In this document: one piece after another, positions 18,615 to 27,912 of the stretch
Numbering within the stretch: position 1 is the first letter of the stretch
How the letters are laid out: each line of letters begins with the position of its first letter
Source of the DNA: a virus
Lineage: Duplodnaviria > Caudoviricetes
Direction: 5' to 3' (one strand)
Length of the DNA: 40,892 bases
IMG/VR virus record: IMGVR_UViG_3300032281_001698
Coordinates: 1-40,892 of that record
Program-made: the position numbers and the translations under genes
The notes under the pieces: model-generated
What the model saw: the letters and a program-made list of their open reading frames with translations, nothing else
Database searches by the model: none
What the model was told of the DNA's origin: nothing

Positions 18615-19626
18615 AACATCTCTTTCTGCGAGTAGAATAAAGACAGCGCAGTCATGCTCTTGGTTGTATTGGGCTAAATATCATCTTAAGATGCCAGATC
18701 CGAGTAATGATGGCGCTAAGAGAGGATCTATATGTCATTTAATATTTGAATTACTTGGCAATCCAAAAAGAAAAAAACATTTTAATTTAATTATTAAACA
18801 ACAAGATATTTTTTGTGTTGAATCCATAAAGAGACTTGTTTTAAAACACGCCAAAAAAGAAGGTGTAGACGATGAAGATAATATCAATTTAATCAAAGAA
18901 ATGACATTTAATGGTTTGTCTTATGATTTTTTTGGCAATCAAAATGCGACCCCATTCAAATCTTTGTCAGAACAATCTTTTGATATTGAAGAGGATGATG
19001 GATTAATTAAATATAAAATAAAAGGATTTATTGATAAGCTTTTTCTGTATAAAAATAAAAAATTCGCTCTAATTAGAGATTTTAAAAGCAGTAAGTCAGT
19101 TTTTTCTGGAAAAGAAATAACAGATAATATGCAAGACTTAATGTACAGTCTTGCGGTTAAAAAACTATTTCCAGAATTTCATAATAGAGAAAGCGAGTTT
19201 TTATTCCTTAAATTTGATTTAGATGAAGAGTCAAAAAATTCTGGTATCATAAGAATGAAACCCATTACAGATGAAGAGCTTTTTGGCTTTCAGGTGCAAT
19301 TAACCGAAATACAAAAATATTTAGACAATTTTTCTGAAAAAGATGCTAAAAAAAACATGGCTCATTATAAAGGTTATCCATCAGATAAATCTTTTAGTGG
19401 GAAATTATTATGTGGTTTTGCATCCAAAAAAGGAGAACTCAAAAAAGATGGAACTAAAAAATGGAATTGCCCAATGAGGTTTGATTTTTTTTATTATCAT
19501 ATTTTTAATAAAAAAGGAGAATTTGTTTCATCGGTTATGGAAGAAGACTTTAAAGAAACTCTGGTTCCTGACGATGGCAGTTATGAGATGAAATATTACG
19601 CTGGTTGCCCAGCCTTTTCTTCTTGA
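18601..19626 (+). CDS. PD-(D/E)XK nuclease, Cas4/AddB-like
   Basis: LSASRI....SC, GFIDKL, DFKS, QxxxY; one N-terminal and three C-terminal Cys suggest an Fe-S staple. Confidence 0.85.
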   Translation: MSNFKTSLSASRIKTAQSCSWLYWAKYHLKMPDPSNDGAKRGSICHLIFELLGNPKRKKHFNLIIKQQDIFCVESIKRLVLKHAKKEGVDDEDNINLIKEMTFNGLSYDFFGNQNATPFKSLSEQSFDIEEDDGLIKYKIKGFIDKLFLYKNKKFALIRDFKSSKSVFSGKEITDNMQDLMYSLAVKKLFPEFHNRESEFLFLKFDLDEESKNSGIIRMKPITDEELFGFQVQLTEIQKYLDNFSEKDAKKNMAHYKGYPSDKSFSGKLLCGFASKKGELKKDGTKKWNCPMRFDFFYYHIFNKKGEFVSSVMEEDFKETLVPDDGSYEMKYYAGCPAFSS

Positions 19627-19651
19627 TTTTGTTGATTAATCATGCTACGAT
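19623..19651 (+). promoter_or_regulatory. Sigma70-type promoter, leaderless, for the polymerase operon
   Basis: TTGATT-17-TACGAT with TGn extension, 8 nt before ATG 19660. Confidence 0.6.
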
Positions 19652-19659
19652 ATATAGGT

Positions 19660-20424
19660 ATGATACCTATTTTTAAATCTTGTTACTCCATAGGCAAGAG
19701 TATACTTACAATCGAAAAATCTGACGATTTGGATGGTCCAGATAGCATCATTAACATATGCAAAGAGAATGGTATTGATAGGCTTGTTCTAGTTGAAGAC
19801 TGCATGACGGGCTTTATTAAAAGCCATAATTTATGCAAAGAAAACGATATGCAATTAATCTTTGGTTTGAGATTAACATGTTGCAATGATATTGATGAAG
19901 ATTCAAATTTATCAAATCATAAAATTATCATCTTTGCAAAGAATGATAATGGTTGCACTTTATTAAATAAAATATCCACGTTTACATCCTTAGTCGGCAA
20001 AAATAAGATTGATTTTAATTATTTAAACTCTATTTGGACAAAGGACTTGGATTTAGTTATTCCATTTTACGACTCTTTTATATTTAATAATAGTATGTAT
20101 TTAAACAACTGCATACCAGACTTTAACAAAATTAAACCATCATTTTTGATAGAGAGAAACGGTTTGCCATTTGATTCTTTGATTGAAGATCTTGTTTTAA
20201 AATTCACAAATTATGATAAAAAATATAATACTGTTTTATGTAAATCAATTTTCTATAAGAGTAGGAAAGATTATGAAGCTTTGCAGACTTACAAGATTCT
20301 ATGCAATAGATCTTTTGGTAAAGTATCATCGCTATCTAATCCAAATTTAAATCATTTTGGTAGTAATGAATTTTGTTTTGAAAGTTATTTAGAAAATCAT
20401 GAAAGAGAACTTACTAAGATTTAA
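19660..20424 (+). CDS. Stand-alone PHP domain of DNA Pol III alpha (DnaE N-terminal part)
   Basis: FKSCYSIGKSIL, LVED.MTGF, IFGLRL, IIIFAKNDNG...LNKIS align with the DnaE PHP; the His ligands are degenerate. Confidence 0.8.
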   Translation: MIPIFKSCYSIGKSILTIEKSDDLDGPDSIINICKENGIDRLVLVEDCMTGFIKSHNLCKENDMQLIFGLRLTCCNDIDEDSNLSNHKIIIFAKNDNGCTLLNKISTFTSLVGKNKIDFNYLNSIWTKDLDLVIPFYDSFIFNNSMYLNNCIPDFNKIKPSFLIERNGLPFDSLIEDLVLKFTNYDKKYNTVLCKSIFYKSRKDYEALQTYKILCNRSFGKVSSLSNPNLNHFGSNEFCFESYLENHERELTKI

Positions 20425-21031
20425 TAAGAAGCAGAGATATTTAATTTTTGACACAGAAACAGAGGGCTTGAATTTAATTAATTCTCGTCCCTGGCAAGTT
20501 GCTTGGATTCTGGCGGAAGGAGATAAAGTCTTAGAAAAACACGATCTTTATATAAGATGGGAAGATCTAAACATTTCTGATGAGGCGGCAAAAATTACTG
20601 GCTTCTCTAAACAAGCCTACGACAGGAGGAGTTTAGACCCCAAAGATGTCTTTGATAAATTCTCTAAATACCTAGAAGATGAAAATAATTTAATTATCGG
20701 TCAAAATCTTCTTGGGTTTGATGTTTATATGGTAAATATTTGGAGGAGAGAAATAGGTCTGCCTTCAGATTATTCATTCATTAATAGGATCATTGATACA
20801 AAATCTATTGCAACGGCAATAGCAAAAGAAATACCATTACAAAAGGAAAATTTATTAAGTTGGCAATATAGACTTTTAAATCACAAAGAAAGAGGTTTAA
20901 AAACATCTCAAGCTACTTTATTGAAAAAGTATGACATACCACACGATCCAAAAAGATTACATGACGCTATGTATGACATTGAGATGAATTTTAGAATCTT
21001 TAGAAAACAACTTTTTGATATTGAATTATGA
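20399..21031 (+). CDS. dnaQ: DEDDh 3'-5' exonuclease (Pol III epsilon-like)
   Basis: ExoI FDTETEG, ExoII GQNLLGFDV, ExoIII HDAMYD. Confidence 0.9.
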   Translation: MKENLLRFNKKQRYLIFDTETEGLNLINSRPWQVAWILAEGDKVLEKHDLYIRWEDLNISDEAAKITGFSKQAYDRRSLDPKDVFDKFSKYLEDENNLIIGQNLLGFDVYMVNIWRREIGLPSDYSFINRIIDTKSIATAIAKEIPLQKENLLSWQYRLLNHKERGLKTSQATLLKKYDIPHDPKRLHDAMYDIEMNFRIFRKQLFDIEL

Positions 21032-23589
21032 AATTTGAAAACTACTCAAAATACGAAACACCTTTCCCAGTTGGCGTAAAATTACCAGAAATTAAAATCG
21101 ATAAAAAGTATTATGACTATGTTGGTTGCGATCCTAACTCATCAAATTTTAATTTTTTAAGAAGACTTTGTTATAAAGGAGTAATCTTAAAGGGTATTGA
21201 TAAGAAACATGATGTTAATAAGTATTACGAAAGATTAAAAGAGGAGCTAGACATTCTTAATGAATTAGGGTTTATTGATTACATTCTATTAAATTGGGAC
21301 ATTTTAAATTTCTGCAAAGAAACATCTATTCCAACTGGTGCTGGGCGCGGAAGTGCTGCAGGTTCTCTTGTTCTTTATGTAATTGGCGTAACTAACATTG
21401 ACCCTATTCAATACGATCTTTTCTTTGAAAGATTTGTTTCCAAGAGTCGAGCCAAAAAAATAGAACACAATGGACAGATATATCTAGATGGGAGCTTATT
21501 GGCTGATATTGATAATGATATTAGTTATGATAGGCGAATGGAAGTGATTAATTATATCAATGAAAAATACAAAGGTCGAACTTCAAAGATTTTAACTTTA
21601 AATACGCTAAGTGGCAAACTTTGCATCAAAGAGTGTGGTAAAATAGTTTCGGAGCTTTCTGAGACACAGGTAAATGAAATTAGTGACTCCATTCCTAAAA
21701 AATTTGGTAAGGTTGCAAAATTAAAGGTTGCATATGAAGAGAGCGAGTTATTTAAAAAATATGCCGATAAATATAAAAGGGCATTTAGGGTGGCTAAAAA
21801 ACTAGAAGGTCTCAATAAAAACACAGGAGTTCATCCATCTGGTATATGTATTAGTTATTACGGCCTTGAAGATATCATGCCTCTACAGCTCACAAATGAC
21901 GGAGCACTTGTTTCTGGTTATGATATGAATGACGTAGCGAGCTTGAGCGTTAAATTCGATATCTTGGGCCTCAGAACACTCTCTGTCGTCAATGACATCT
22001 GTAAGCGCATCGGAATCAATGCGGCAGATATTGACTGCCAACATGAATCCATCTATGCTGCACTAGCGTGCCTTGAAGCTCCACAGGGATTATTTCAAAT
22101 CGAAGCAGATACAAACTTTAAAGTATGTAAGCAGATAGCTCCAAAAAACCTAGAACAGCTTTCTGCTGTGGTTGCGATAGCTAGACCTGGAGCATTAGAC
22201 TTCAAAGACAGATATGCTGAGTACGTTAGAACAGGAGACTTCCAATCTGTACACCCATTCTTTGATGACATTTTGAGTTATACTGGTGGAATTCCTCTTT
22301 ATCAAGAGCAGTTGATGAAAATGGCTGTAAAAGTAGGATTCAGTTTAGATGAGTCAGAGCAATTAAGAAGAATCGTAGGCAAGAAGAAGGTGGATCAAAT
22401 GGCTGCTTGGAAAGACAAGATCCAAGAAAAGGTGTCAATTAATAATCTTGATCCAGTGATTAGTGAAGTTTTATGGAAAGTTGCAGAAGATTCAGCCAAT
22501 TATTCATTCAATAAGTCTCACTCAATTAGTTACGCCTATTTAGCGTCAATTACAGTTTATTTAAAATTTAATTATCCACAAGAATTCTTTTTAAGTTTAT
22601 TAAAATTTGCTAGATTTGAACCAAATGCTCATGAAGAAATTCACAAAATTTCTCAAGAATTATCTTTGTTTGACATAAAATTATTGCCACCAGATCTTAA
22701 CAAGTCAGATATTGATTTTAAAATAGAAGATAAAAATATTCGATATGGATTAAATTGTATTAAAGGAGTATCAGATAAAGTTTTAGAGTCACTACTTGAG
22801 TTTAGAGAAGGATGCTTCCGCAATAAGTATGAAGTATTTATCTCAGCCAAGCAATCTGGAGTTAATATAGGATGTCTTTCTGGTTTAATTCAAGCGGGTC
22901 TTTTAGATTCATTTGTCACGAAGGATAGATGTCGTCTAGTCTTAGAGGCTCAGGCATTTAATATCCTGACAGACAGAGAGAAGAGAAATGTTTTGGAGAT
23001 TGGAAATCAATACGACTTTGATGTTTTAAATTGTATTCATGATGTATTTAAAAATAAAAAACTAGGAGACGATAATAAAGTCCTCTTTAGCGAAAAGAGA
23101 TTTAATACATTTAAGAAAAAGTATGAACCTTACAAAAAAATATACGAAATAAATAGAAAACATATTAAATATGCAAATTGGTTCTTTGAAAAAGAACTTT
23201 TGGGATATAGTTATTCTTACAACATTAGAGAAATATTTAAAAACAATGAGATTAAATCACTAATTTCTTCCAAGGAAGTTAGACATTCTGAGCAACGCTC
23301 AAATATTCAATTTGTTGGCATACTCACAGATATTATAAAAAGAACTAGCTCTAATGGAAATAAATACGCCAGACTAGAACTACAAGATGATTTAGGCGCT
23401 GTATGTGGATTATTTATGGATGGATCGCAAAAAGAAAGATTGACTGAGTATTTAAACTCTGGTAAAAAGCTTCCATCAAAAGATGATATAATTATCATCG
23501 AAGGATCGAAGGGAGATGACATCGTTTTTATTGATAAAATTAATATACTAAACGATAAGATTTATATGAAACTTTCTGAACTAAAATAA
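21028..23589 (+). CDS. dnaE: DNA Pol III alpha catalytic core without PHP
   Basis: GRGSAAGSLV, FERF, DIDND, GVHPSG, KFDILGLRTL, YQEQLM, FNKSHS, C-terminal OB fold. Confidence 0.95.
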   Translation: MKFENYSKYETPFPVGVKLPEIKIDKKYYDYVGCDPNSSNFNFLRRLCYKGVILKGIDKKHDVNKYYERLKEELDILNELGFIDYILLNWDILNFCKETSIPTGAGRGSAAGSLVLYVIGVTNIDPIQYDLFFERFVSKSRAKKIEHNGQIYLDGSLLADIDNDISYDRRMEVINYINEKYKGRTSKILTLNTLSGKLCIKECGKIVSELSETQVNEISDSIPKKFGKVAKLKVAYEESELFKKYADKYKRAFRVAKKLEGLNKNTGVHPSGICISYYGLEDIMPLQLTNDGALVSGYDMNDVASLSVKFDILGLRTLSVVNDICKRIGINAADIDCQHESIYAALACLEAPQGLFQIEADTNFKVCKQIAPKNLEQLSAVVAIARPGALDFKDRYAEYVRTGDFQSVHPFFDDILSYTGGIPLYQEQLMKMAVKVGFSLDESEQLRRIVGKKKVDQMAAWKDKIQEKVSINNLDPVISEVLWKVAEDSANYSFNKSHSISYAYLASITVYLKFNYPQEFFLSLLKFARFEPNAHEEIHKISQELSLFDIKLLPPDLNKSDIDFKIEDKNIRYGLNCIKGVSDKVLESLLEFREGCFRNKYEVFISAKQSGVNIGCLSGLIQAGLLDSFVTKDRCRLVLEAQAFNILTDREKRNVLEIGNQYDFDVLNCIHDVFKNKKLGDDNKVLFSEKRFNTFKKKYEPYKKIYEINRKHIKYANWFFEKELLGYSYSYNIREIFKNNEIKSLISSKEVRHSEQRSNIQFVGILTDIIKRTSSNGNKYARLELQDDLGAVCGLFMDGSQKERLTEYLNSGKKLPSKDDIIIIEGSKGDDIVFIDKINILNDKIYMKLSELK

Positions 23590-23595
23590 GTGTAA
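23589..23595 (+). promoter_or_regulatory. AGTGTAA putative phage promoter before clpC
   Basis: 8 nt before the third in-frame ATG (23604). Confidence 0.55.
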
Positions 23596-23597
23596 TT

Positions 23598-26024
23598 ATG
23601 ATGATGGGAATTAACGATTTTAATCTAACTCCAAGAGCAAAAAAAGCATACAAACTTGCAAAACAATTTGCCAGCGATAATGAGCACACTCTAATCAACA
23701 ACGCTCATGTTTTTTATGGGTGTTTAGCAAATGCTGCGGATTCTTTTTGGAGGAACGTAAAAAACAACGATATTAACTTATCAATTGATAGTTATATTGA
23801 AATTTTCACAAAACTCCAAAAGGAAAAACCTAATTTTTTCAAAGCCAATAAAAATAGCGGTAGTTGGCATCAAGAAGTCAATGATGTAATGGTCGCAGCG
23901 AAATCTTTTTCAGAGATATATGATAATTATTATATTGGCTCAGAACACATTATATACTCGATATTAGAATGCTCTTTATTCTTTTCTGAGCATCTATTTA
24001 AATCTGGAGTAGATACAGAAAAACTCAAATCAATGATTGAGTCATTAATCATCGACAATAATTCTGGACAATCAATATCAGATACTAATACAAGCGAAAC
24101 ACCAATTTCAGATACTAAATCATTAGCTAAAAAATACGAACCATTACAAAAATATTGTATATGTTTAAATGATCAAGTAATTAATAATTCAATTAGCCCA
24201 ATCTCTGGAAGAGATAAGGAGATAGATGAATTAATTGAAACTCTATCTAAAAAAACAAAAAGCAATGCTATTTTAGTTGGAGATGCTGGGGTTGGTAAAA
24301 CAGCTATTGTAGAAGGTCTTGCCCAAAGAATAGTTCAAAATAAAGTTCCAACCAATCTATCTGGCTTTGAGATTCATTGTGTAGATATTGCATCAATGGT
24401 TGCTGGCACAAGATATAGAGGTGAATTTGAAGAAAAATTCAAGTCCCTAATCAAAGCTGCATCTGAATTTAAAAATGTTATTTTATTTTTTGATGAAATC
24501 CATACAATCATTGGCACTGGAAGCGCAGAAGGATCTTTGGATGCAGCAAACATGCTTAAACCAGAACTAGCAAGAGGTTCTATCAAATGCATTGGAGCTA
24601 CAACTACGAGCGAATATAAGAAATTCTTTGAAAAAGATTCCGCAATGAAAAGAAGGTTCGATTCAATCATAATTGATGAACCAGATAAAGAACAGACAAA
24701 AAAAATTATTCAAAATTCCATTAAGTTTTATGAGAACTTTCATTTTGTAAAATACGAAGAAGAGATTATAGATCTTATTGTAGATTTATGCGATAAGTAT
24801 ATTTTAGATAAAAAATTTCCAGACAAAGCTTTTGATGTTATTGATCAAGTTGGAGCAAAGGTTAAAGTTAAAAAATTAAAAATACCTCCAGATATTCAAA
24901 AAATTCAAGATGAGATTTCGTCCAAATTATCAGATGATTATGCTTTATCAAGCAAAGAAGAAGAGCTTTTTTATGAAATCTTATTAAAAGAATACATAGA
25001 TAAAATCACACTTTTTAATAAAAATGTATTGAAAAATAAATTTAAAATCAAACAAAAAGATGTTCTAGAGGTGGTTGCTTCTAAAATAAATTTACCAGTA
25101 TCATCAATCTGTCCAGAAACAGATGAATTTATCAACTTTGATCAAAAAATGAAAAAAGACATCTTTGGCCAAGATAAGAACATTGGTAAAATTTCTGATA
25201 TCCTTGCGTGCGCTAAAATCGGCTTGAATGACGATAAAAAACCTTTATGCAATTTATTGTTTGTTGGTGCAACTAGCGTTGGTAAAACCTACACAGCAAA
25301 GAAGATCGCAGAGCATTACTTTGGCAATAAGAAAGCCTTTATTCAGATCAATATGAGCGAATACCAAGAGAAGACAGGTATCAGTAAATTGATTGGGGCT
25401 AATGCTGGTTATATTGGATATGAAGAAGGTGGGCTTTTAACAGAATTCGTTAGAAATAATCCTAGCTGTGTAGTATTATTTGACGAAATAGAAAAATGTG
25501 ATCCACAAATACTTAATCTTTTATTACATTTGCTGGATGAAGGATATGTGAATGATAATCTTAATAGAAAAATCGACTTCACCAAATCTATTGTCGTAAT
25601 GACAAGCAATATAGGATATCAAGAAACTAAAAAGAAAACACTTGGATTTATTCAAGAAGAAATAAAGAATAATGATTGTTATACAGAATCCGTCAAAAAA
25701 TATCTAAAACCAGAGTTAATTTCTAGGATTAATGAATTATTGATATTTGATGATTTAAAAGATGAGCAACTTGCGTCAATTGTCCATCTTGAAATCAACA
25801 AAATTAAAGAAAAGTTAAACAATAAGAATTTTAAATTAGTATTTAACAAAGGGGTAGATGATTTTATTTTTAATAAATTTAAAACTAAAAACCTTCATGC
25901 AAGAGATATTAAAGATTTAGTTCGTTCAGAATTACAGGTTCCAATCGCTAGATTTATTATTAAGAATACTAATTTGAAAAAAGTTTCAATAAAAGTTATT
26001 GACAGCAATCTTATTATAGAGTAA
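23598..26024 (+). CDS. clpC: Clp/Hsp100 AAA+ ATPase, ClpC/ClpA-type
   Basis: Clp-N repeats, GDAGVGKT, GTRYRGEFEE, FFDEIH, DKKFPDKAFDV, GATSVGKT, GYIGYEEGG, FDEIEK, LGF loop. Confidence 0.88.
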   Translation: MMMGINDFNLTPRAKKAYKLAKQFASDNEHTLINNAHVFYGCLANAADSFWRNVKNNDINLSIDSYIEIFTKLQKEKPNFFKANKNSGSWHQEVNDVMVAAKSFSEIYDNYYIGSEHIIYSILECSLFFSEHLFKSGVDTEKLKSMIESLIIDNNSGQSISDTNTSETPISDTKSLAKKYEPLQKYCICLNDQVINNSISPISGRDKEIDELIETLSKKTKSNAILVGDAGVGKTAIVEGLAQRIVQNKVPTNLSGFEIHCVDIASMVAGTRYRGEFEEKFKSLIKAASEFKNVILFFDEIHTIIGTGSAEGSLDAANMLKPELARGSIKCIGATTTSEYKKFFEKDSAMKRRFDSIIIDEPDKEQTKKIIQNSIKFYENFHFVKYEEEIIDLIVDLCDKYILDKKFPDKAFDVIDQVGAKVKVKKLKIPPDIQKIQDEISSKLSDDYALSSKEEELFYEILLKEYIDKITLFNKNVLKNKFKIKQKDVLEVVASKINLPVSSICPETDEFINFDQKMKKDIFGQDKNIGKISDILACAKIGLNDDKKPLCNLLFVGATSVGKTYTAKKIAEHYFGNKKAFIQINMSEYQEKTGISKLIGANAGYIGYEEGGLLTEFVRNNPSCVVLFDEIEKCDPQILNLLLHLLDEGYVNDNLNRKIDFTKSIVVMTSNIGYQETKKKTLGFIQEEIKNNDCYTESVKKYLKPELISRINELLIFDDLKDEQLASIVHLEINKIKEKLNNKNFKLVFNKGVDDFIFNKFKTKNLHARDIKDLVRSELQVPIARFIIKNTNLKKVSIKVIDSNLIIE

Positions 26025-26027
26025 TAT
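25999..26027 (+). promoter_or_regulatory. Sigma70-type promoter, leaderless
   Basis: TTGACA-17-TAATAT, 8 nt before ATG 26036. Confidence 0.7.
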
Positions 26028-26035
26028 AAATACCT

Positions 26036-26263
26036 ATGAAAAATGCAACATTGAATCAAATTATGGGAGCAATTCGTCAAAGTAAAGGTCGTTTCTTCGG
26101 CCTTTATACCAAGCAAGGAGAATCAATTAATGCTCGCTTTGTTAACGAAAGTCCATCATATGTTTCTATTTATGATAGAAACAATGGTTTGGAGCGTAAG
26201 CTCGCAAAGTCAAGTGTTATTGGAGTTAGGATTTCAGAAAGAAGCGTTGGCTCGACCCTTTAA
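26036..26263 (+). CDS. Small basic hypothetical protein
   Basis: 75-aa ORF with its own promoter and terminator. Confidence 0.75.
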   Translation: MKNATLNQIMGAIRQSKGRFFGLYTKQGESINARFVNESPSYVSIYDRNNGLERKLAKSSVIGVRISERSVGSTL

Positions 26264-26288
26264 TTCTTAATTAAAAACAACACTATAT

Positions 26289-26320
26289 AAATAAACCCCA
26301 TTGAAAAATGGGGTTTATTT
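26289..26320. terminator. Intrinsic terminator overlapping the next promoter
   Basis: AAATAAACCCCATT-GAAA-AATGGGGTTTATTT perfect inverted repeat. Confidence 0.85.
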
Positions 26321-26333
26321 GTTAATATTTATT

Positions 26334-27395
26334 ATGAACAATGTTAATTTATTTAGGGATAGATTATTTTATACATCTCATAAAAAAAGATGTTCAGAAA
26401 AAGAAATTGAATTTATCAAATCTGTTTTAAATAAAATTAACAAGCCTATTAAATCACCATCTAATATAGAATTATTAAGCATTAACGACGAATTTGATTT
26501 ATATAAATTCGACTATAAAAAAGTTTCTTTTTGTTTAAAAGTTTCTTTAGATCCAGAGTGCAAAGAGATTAAAAATGAATTTAAAAATTTAAAAAAAATA
26601 AATCCAAAAATTTCACCTTTTTTATGTGAAAGCGGTAAAATAAAAATTGGAGATGAAATATCCTATTTATTAACTACATTCGAAAACGCTGAATCTGTTT
26701 GTAGTTTTGGCAACTCCATAATATTAACAGAATTTGATAATTTTTGTTATTCCTATAAAATATTTCAAAATTCAAAAAAAAGTACGAACAATTATAAAAA
26801 TCATTTAACCGACTTTTTTAAAAAAAACGATTTAAACTCCCTTCCAGAAGAGTGCATTAATCTAATAAAAGAAAACAACGATTTTGATAAAATAAATGAA
26901 TTTATTGAAAATTTAAAAGATGAATTAAAAAATTTAACAGATCCTCGGCTTTATCAAGAAAATTTTTTATGTCACGGCAGATTAACTGGGAAAAACATTT
27001 TACATAGAAATGGCCTATTTAAATTTATAAACTTTAGTGATTGTTTTTCATCTCATTGTTTTTTAGATTTAGCTGATTTATTTATATCAATTGGATATAA
27101 TCAAAAATTAGAAAGAGAAATGCTTATTAAATTTTGTGATTATTTTAATATAAATTTTGAAGAAAATAAAAAATTATATATTTTGTGTTCAAGTATAGCG
27201 ATTAGAAAAAAAATAATTAATATAATTTTTGATTATTTTAAAGAAATATATTTATTTAGATCTCTAAGAGAAGATAAACTTATTTATCTGTCTTCGCAAT
27301 TTTCAGATAATTATCAAAGATTTTTAACTATAGGGCGTTTCTTTGAAAATAAAGAATTCTTTTTAAAAACATTAACAGAACCCTTTTTAAAATAA
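26334..27395 (+). CDS. APH/choline-kinase-fold protein with degenerate catalytic motifs
   Basis: FCLKV, KNEF, LCHGRLTGKNIL, FINFSD, LDLA. Start moved from TTG 26301 to ATG 26334. Confidence 0.7.
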   Translation: MNNVNLFRDRLFYTSHKKRCSEKEIEFIKSVLNKINKPIKSPSNIELLSINDEFDLYKFDYKKVSFCLKVSLDPECKEIKNEFKNLKKINPKISPFLCESGKIKIGDEISYLLTTFENAESVCSFGNSIILTEFDNFCYSYKIFQNSKKSTNNYKNHLTDFFKKNDLNSLPEECINLIKENNDFDKINEFIENLKDELKNLTDPRLYQENFLCHGRLTGKNILHRNGLFKFINFSDCFSSHCFLDLADLFISIGYNQKLEREMLIKFCDYFNINFEENKKLYILCSSIAIRKKIINIIFDYFKEIYLFRSLREDKLIYLSSQFSDNYQRFLTIGRFFENKEFFLKTLTEPFLK

Positions 27396-27441
27396 AATTT
27401 CAAATTTATTGAATTTTTTTATATATCAACAATCATATATC

Positions 27442-27912
27442 ATGATTGTCCAGTATTATAAACCAAACTCAAGTAATAGCGGTTGCGCTTTTGGATTCCA
27501 AATTGGAGTAGCAAATAAATCAAAAGAGCCAGCAGTATTTATGACTGCTATACAACAATTTTCATGGAATGAAAAAACAAAAAATGGATCTTTCTCTGAA
27601 AATTTTAAAAATCCAGAAAAATCAATTTCTTTAAAATTTAATGAAAATGAGCTTGGTGGATTTATTTATGCAATAGAACAATATTCAGAATTTTCAGCTT
27701 TCCATACCTACGAAGAAAACAAAACCGCAATATCATTCAAGCCATACACAAAAAAGAATGGCCAAAAAGCATTTTCATTTTCAGTAACAAGGAATTCTGC
27801 TAATAAATTTGGCATAGGTTTAGAAATGGCAGAAGCTTATTCATTAGTTCAATTTTTTAAGTTTGCATTAAATCAAATTTATTCTTTTCGCATAAGTTCA
27901 AATGAAAAATAA
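27442..27912 (+). CDS. Hypothetical protein, possibly PC4/Whirly-like ssDNA-binding
   Basis: Aromatic/basic beta pattern repeated twice, each ending in a helix (ISLKFNENELGGF; IGLEMAEAYSL). The fold is a guess. Confidence 0.5.
   Translation: MIVQYYKPNSSNSGCAFGFQIGVANKSKEPAVFMTAIQQFSWNEKTKNGSFSENFKNPEKSISLKFNENELGGFIYAIEQYSEFSAFHTYEENKTAISFKPYTKKNGQKAFSFSVTRNSANKFGIGLEMAEAYSLVQFFKFALNQIYSFRISSNEK

Noticed and set aside
18601-19626. CRISPR-Cas locus implied by the Cas4-like gene
   Set aside because: No cas1, cas2 or array; solo Cas4-like nucleases are common in phage replication modules.
22654-22671. Beta-clamp motif QELSLF in DnaE
   Set aside because: It falls in the helix just before the conserved LLPPDLNKS segment, not at the usual clamp-binding position.
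19660-23589. Split intein or intron joining the polymerase pieces
   Set aside because: No intein terminal motifs or homing endonuclease; the intervening ORF is a normal DnaQ.
26025-26032. T4 late promoter TATAAATA
   Set aside because: Expected by chance in such AT-rich DNA, overlaps a good sigma70 promoter, and is absent before the tail-tip and holin genes.
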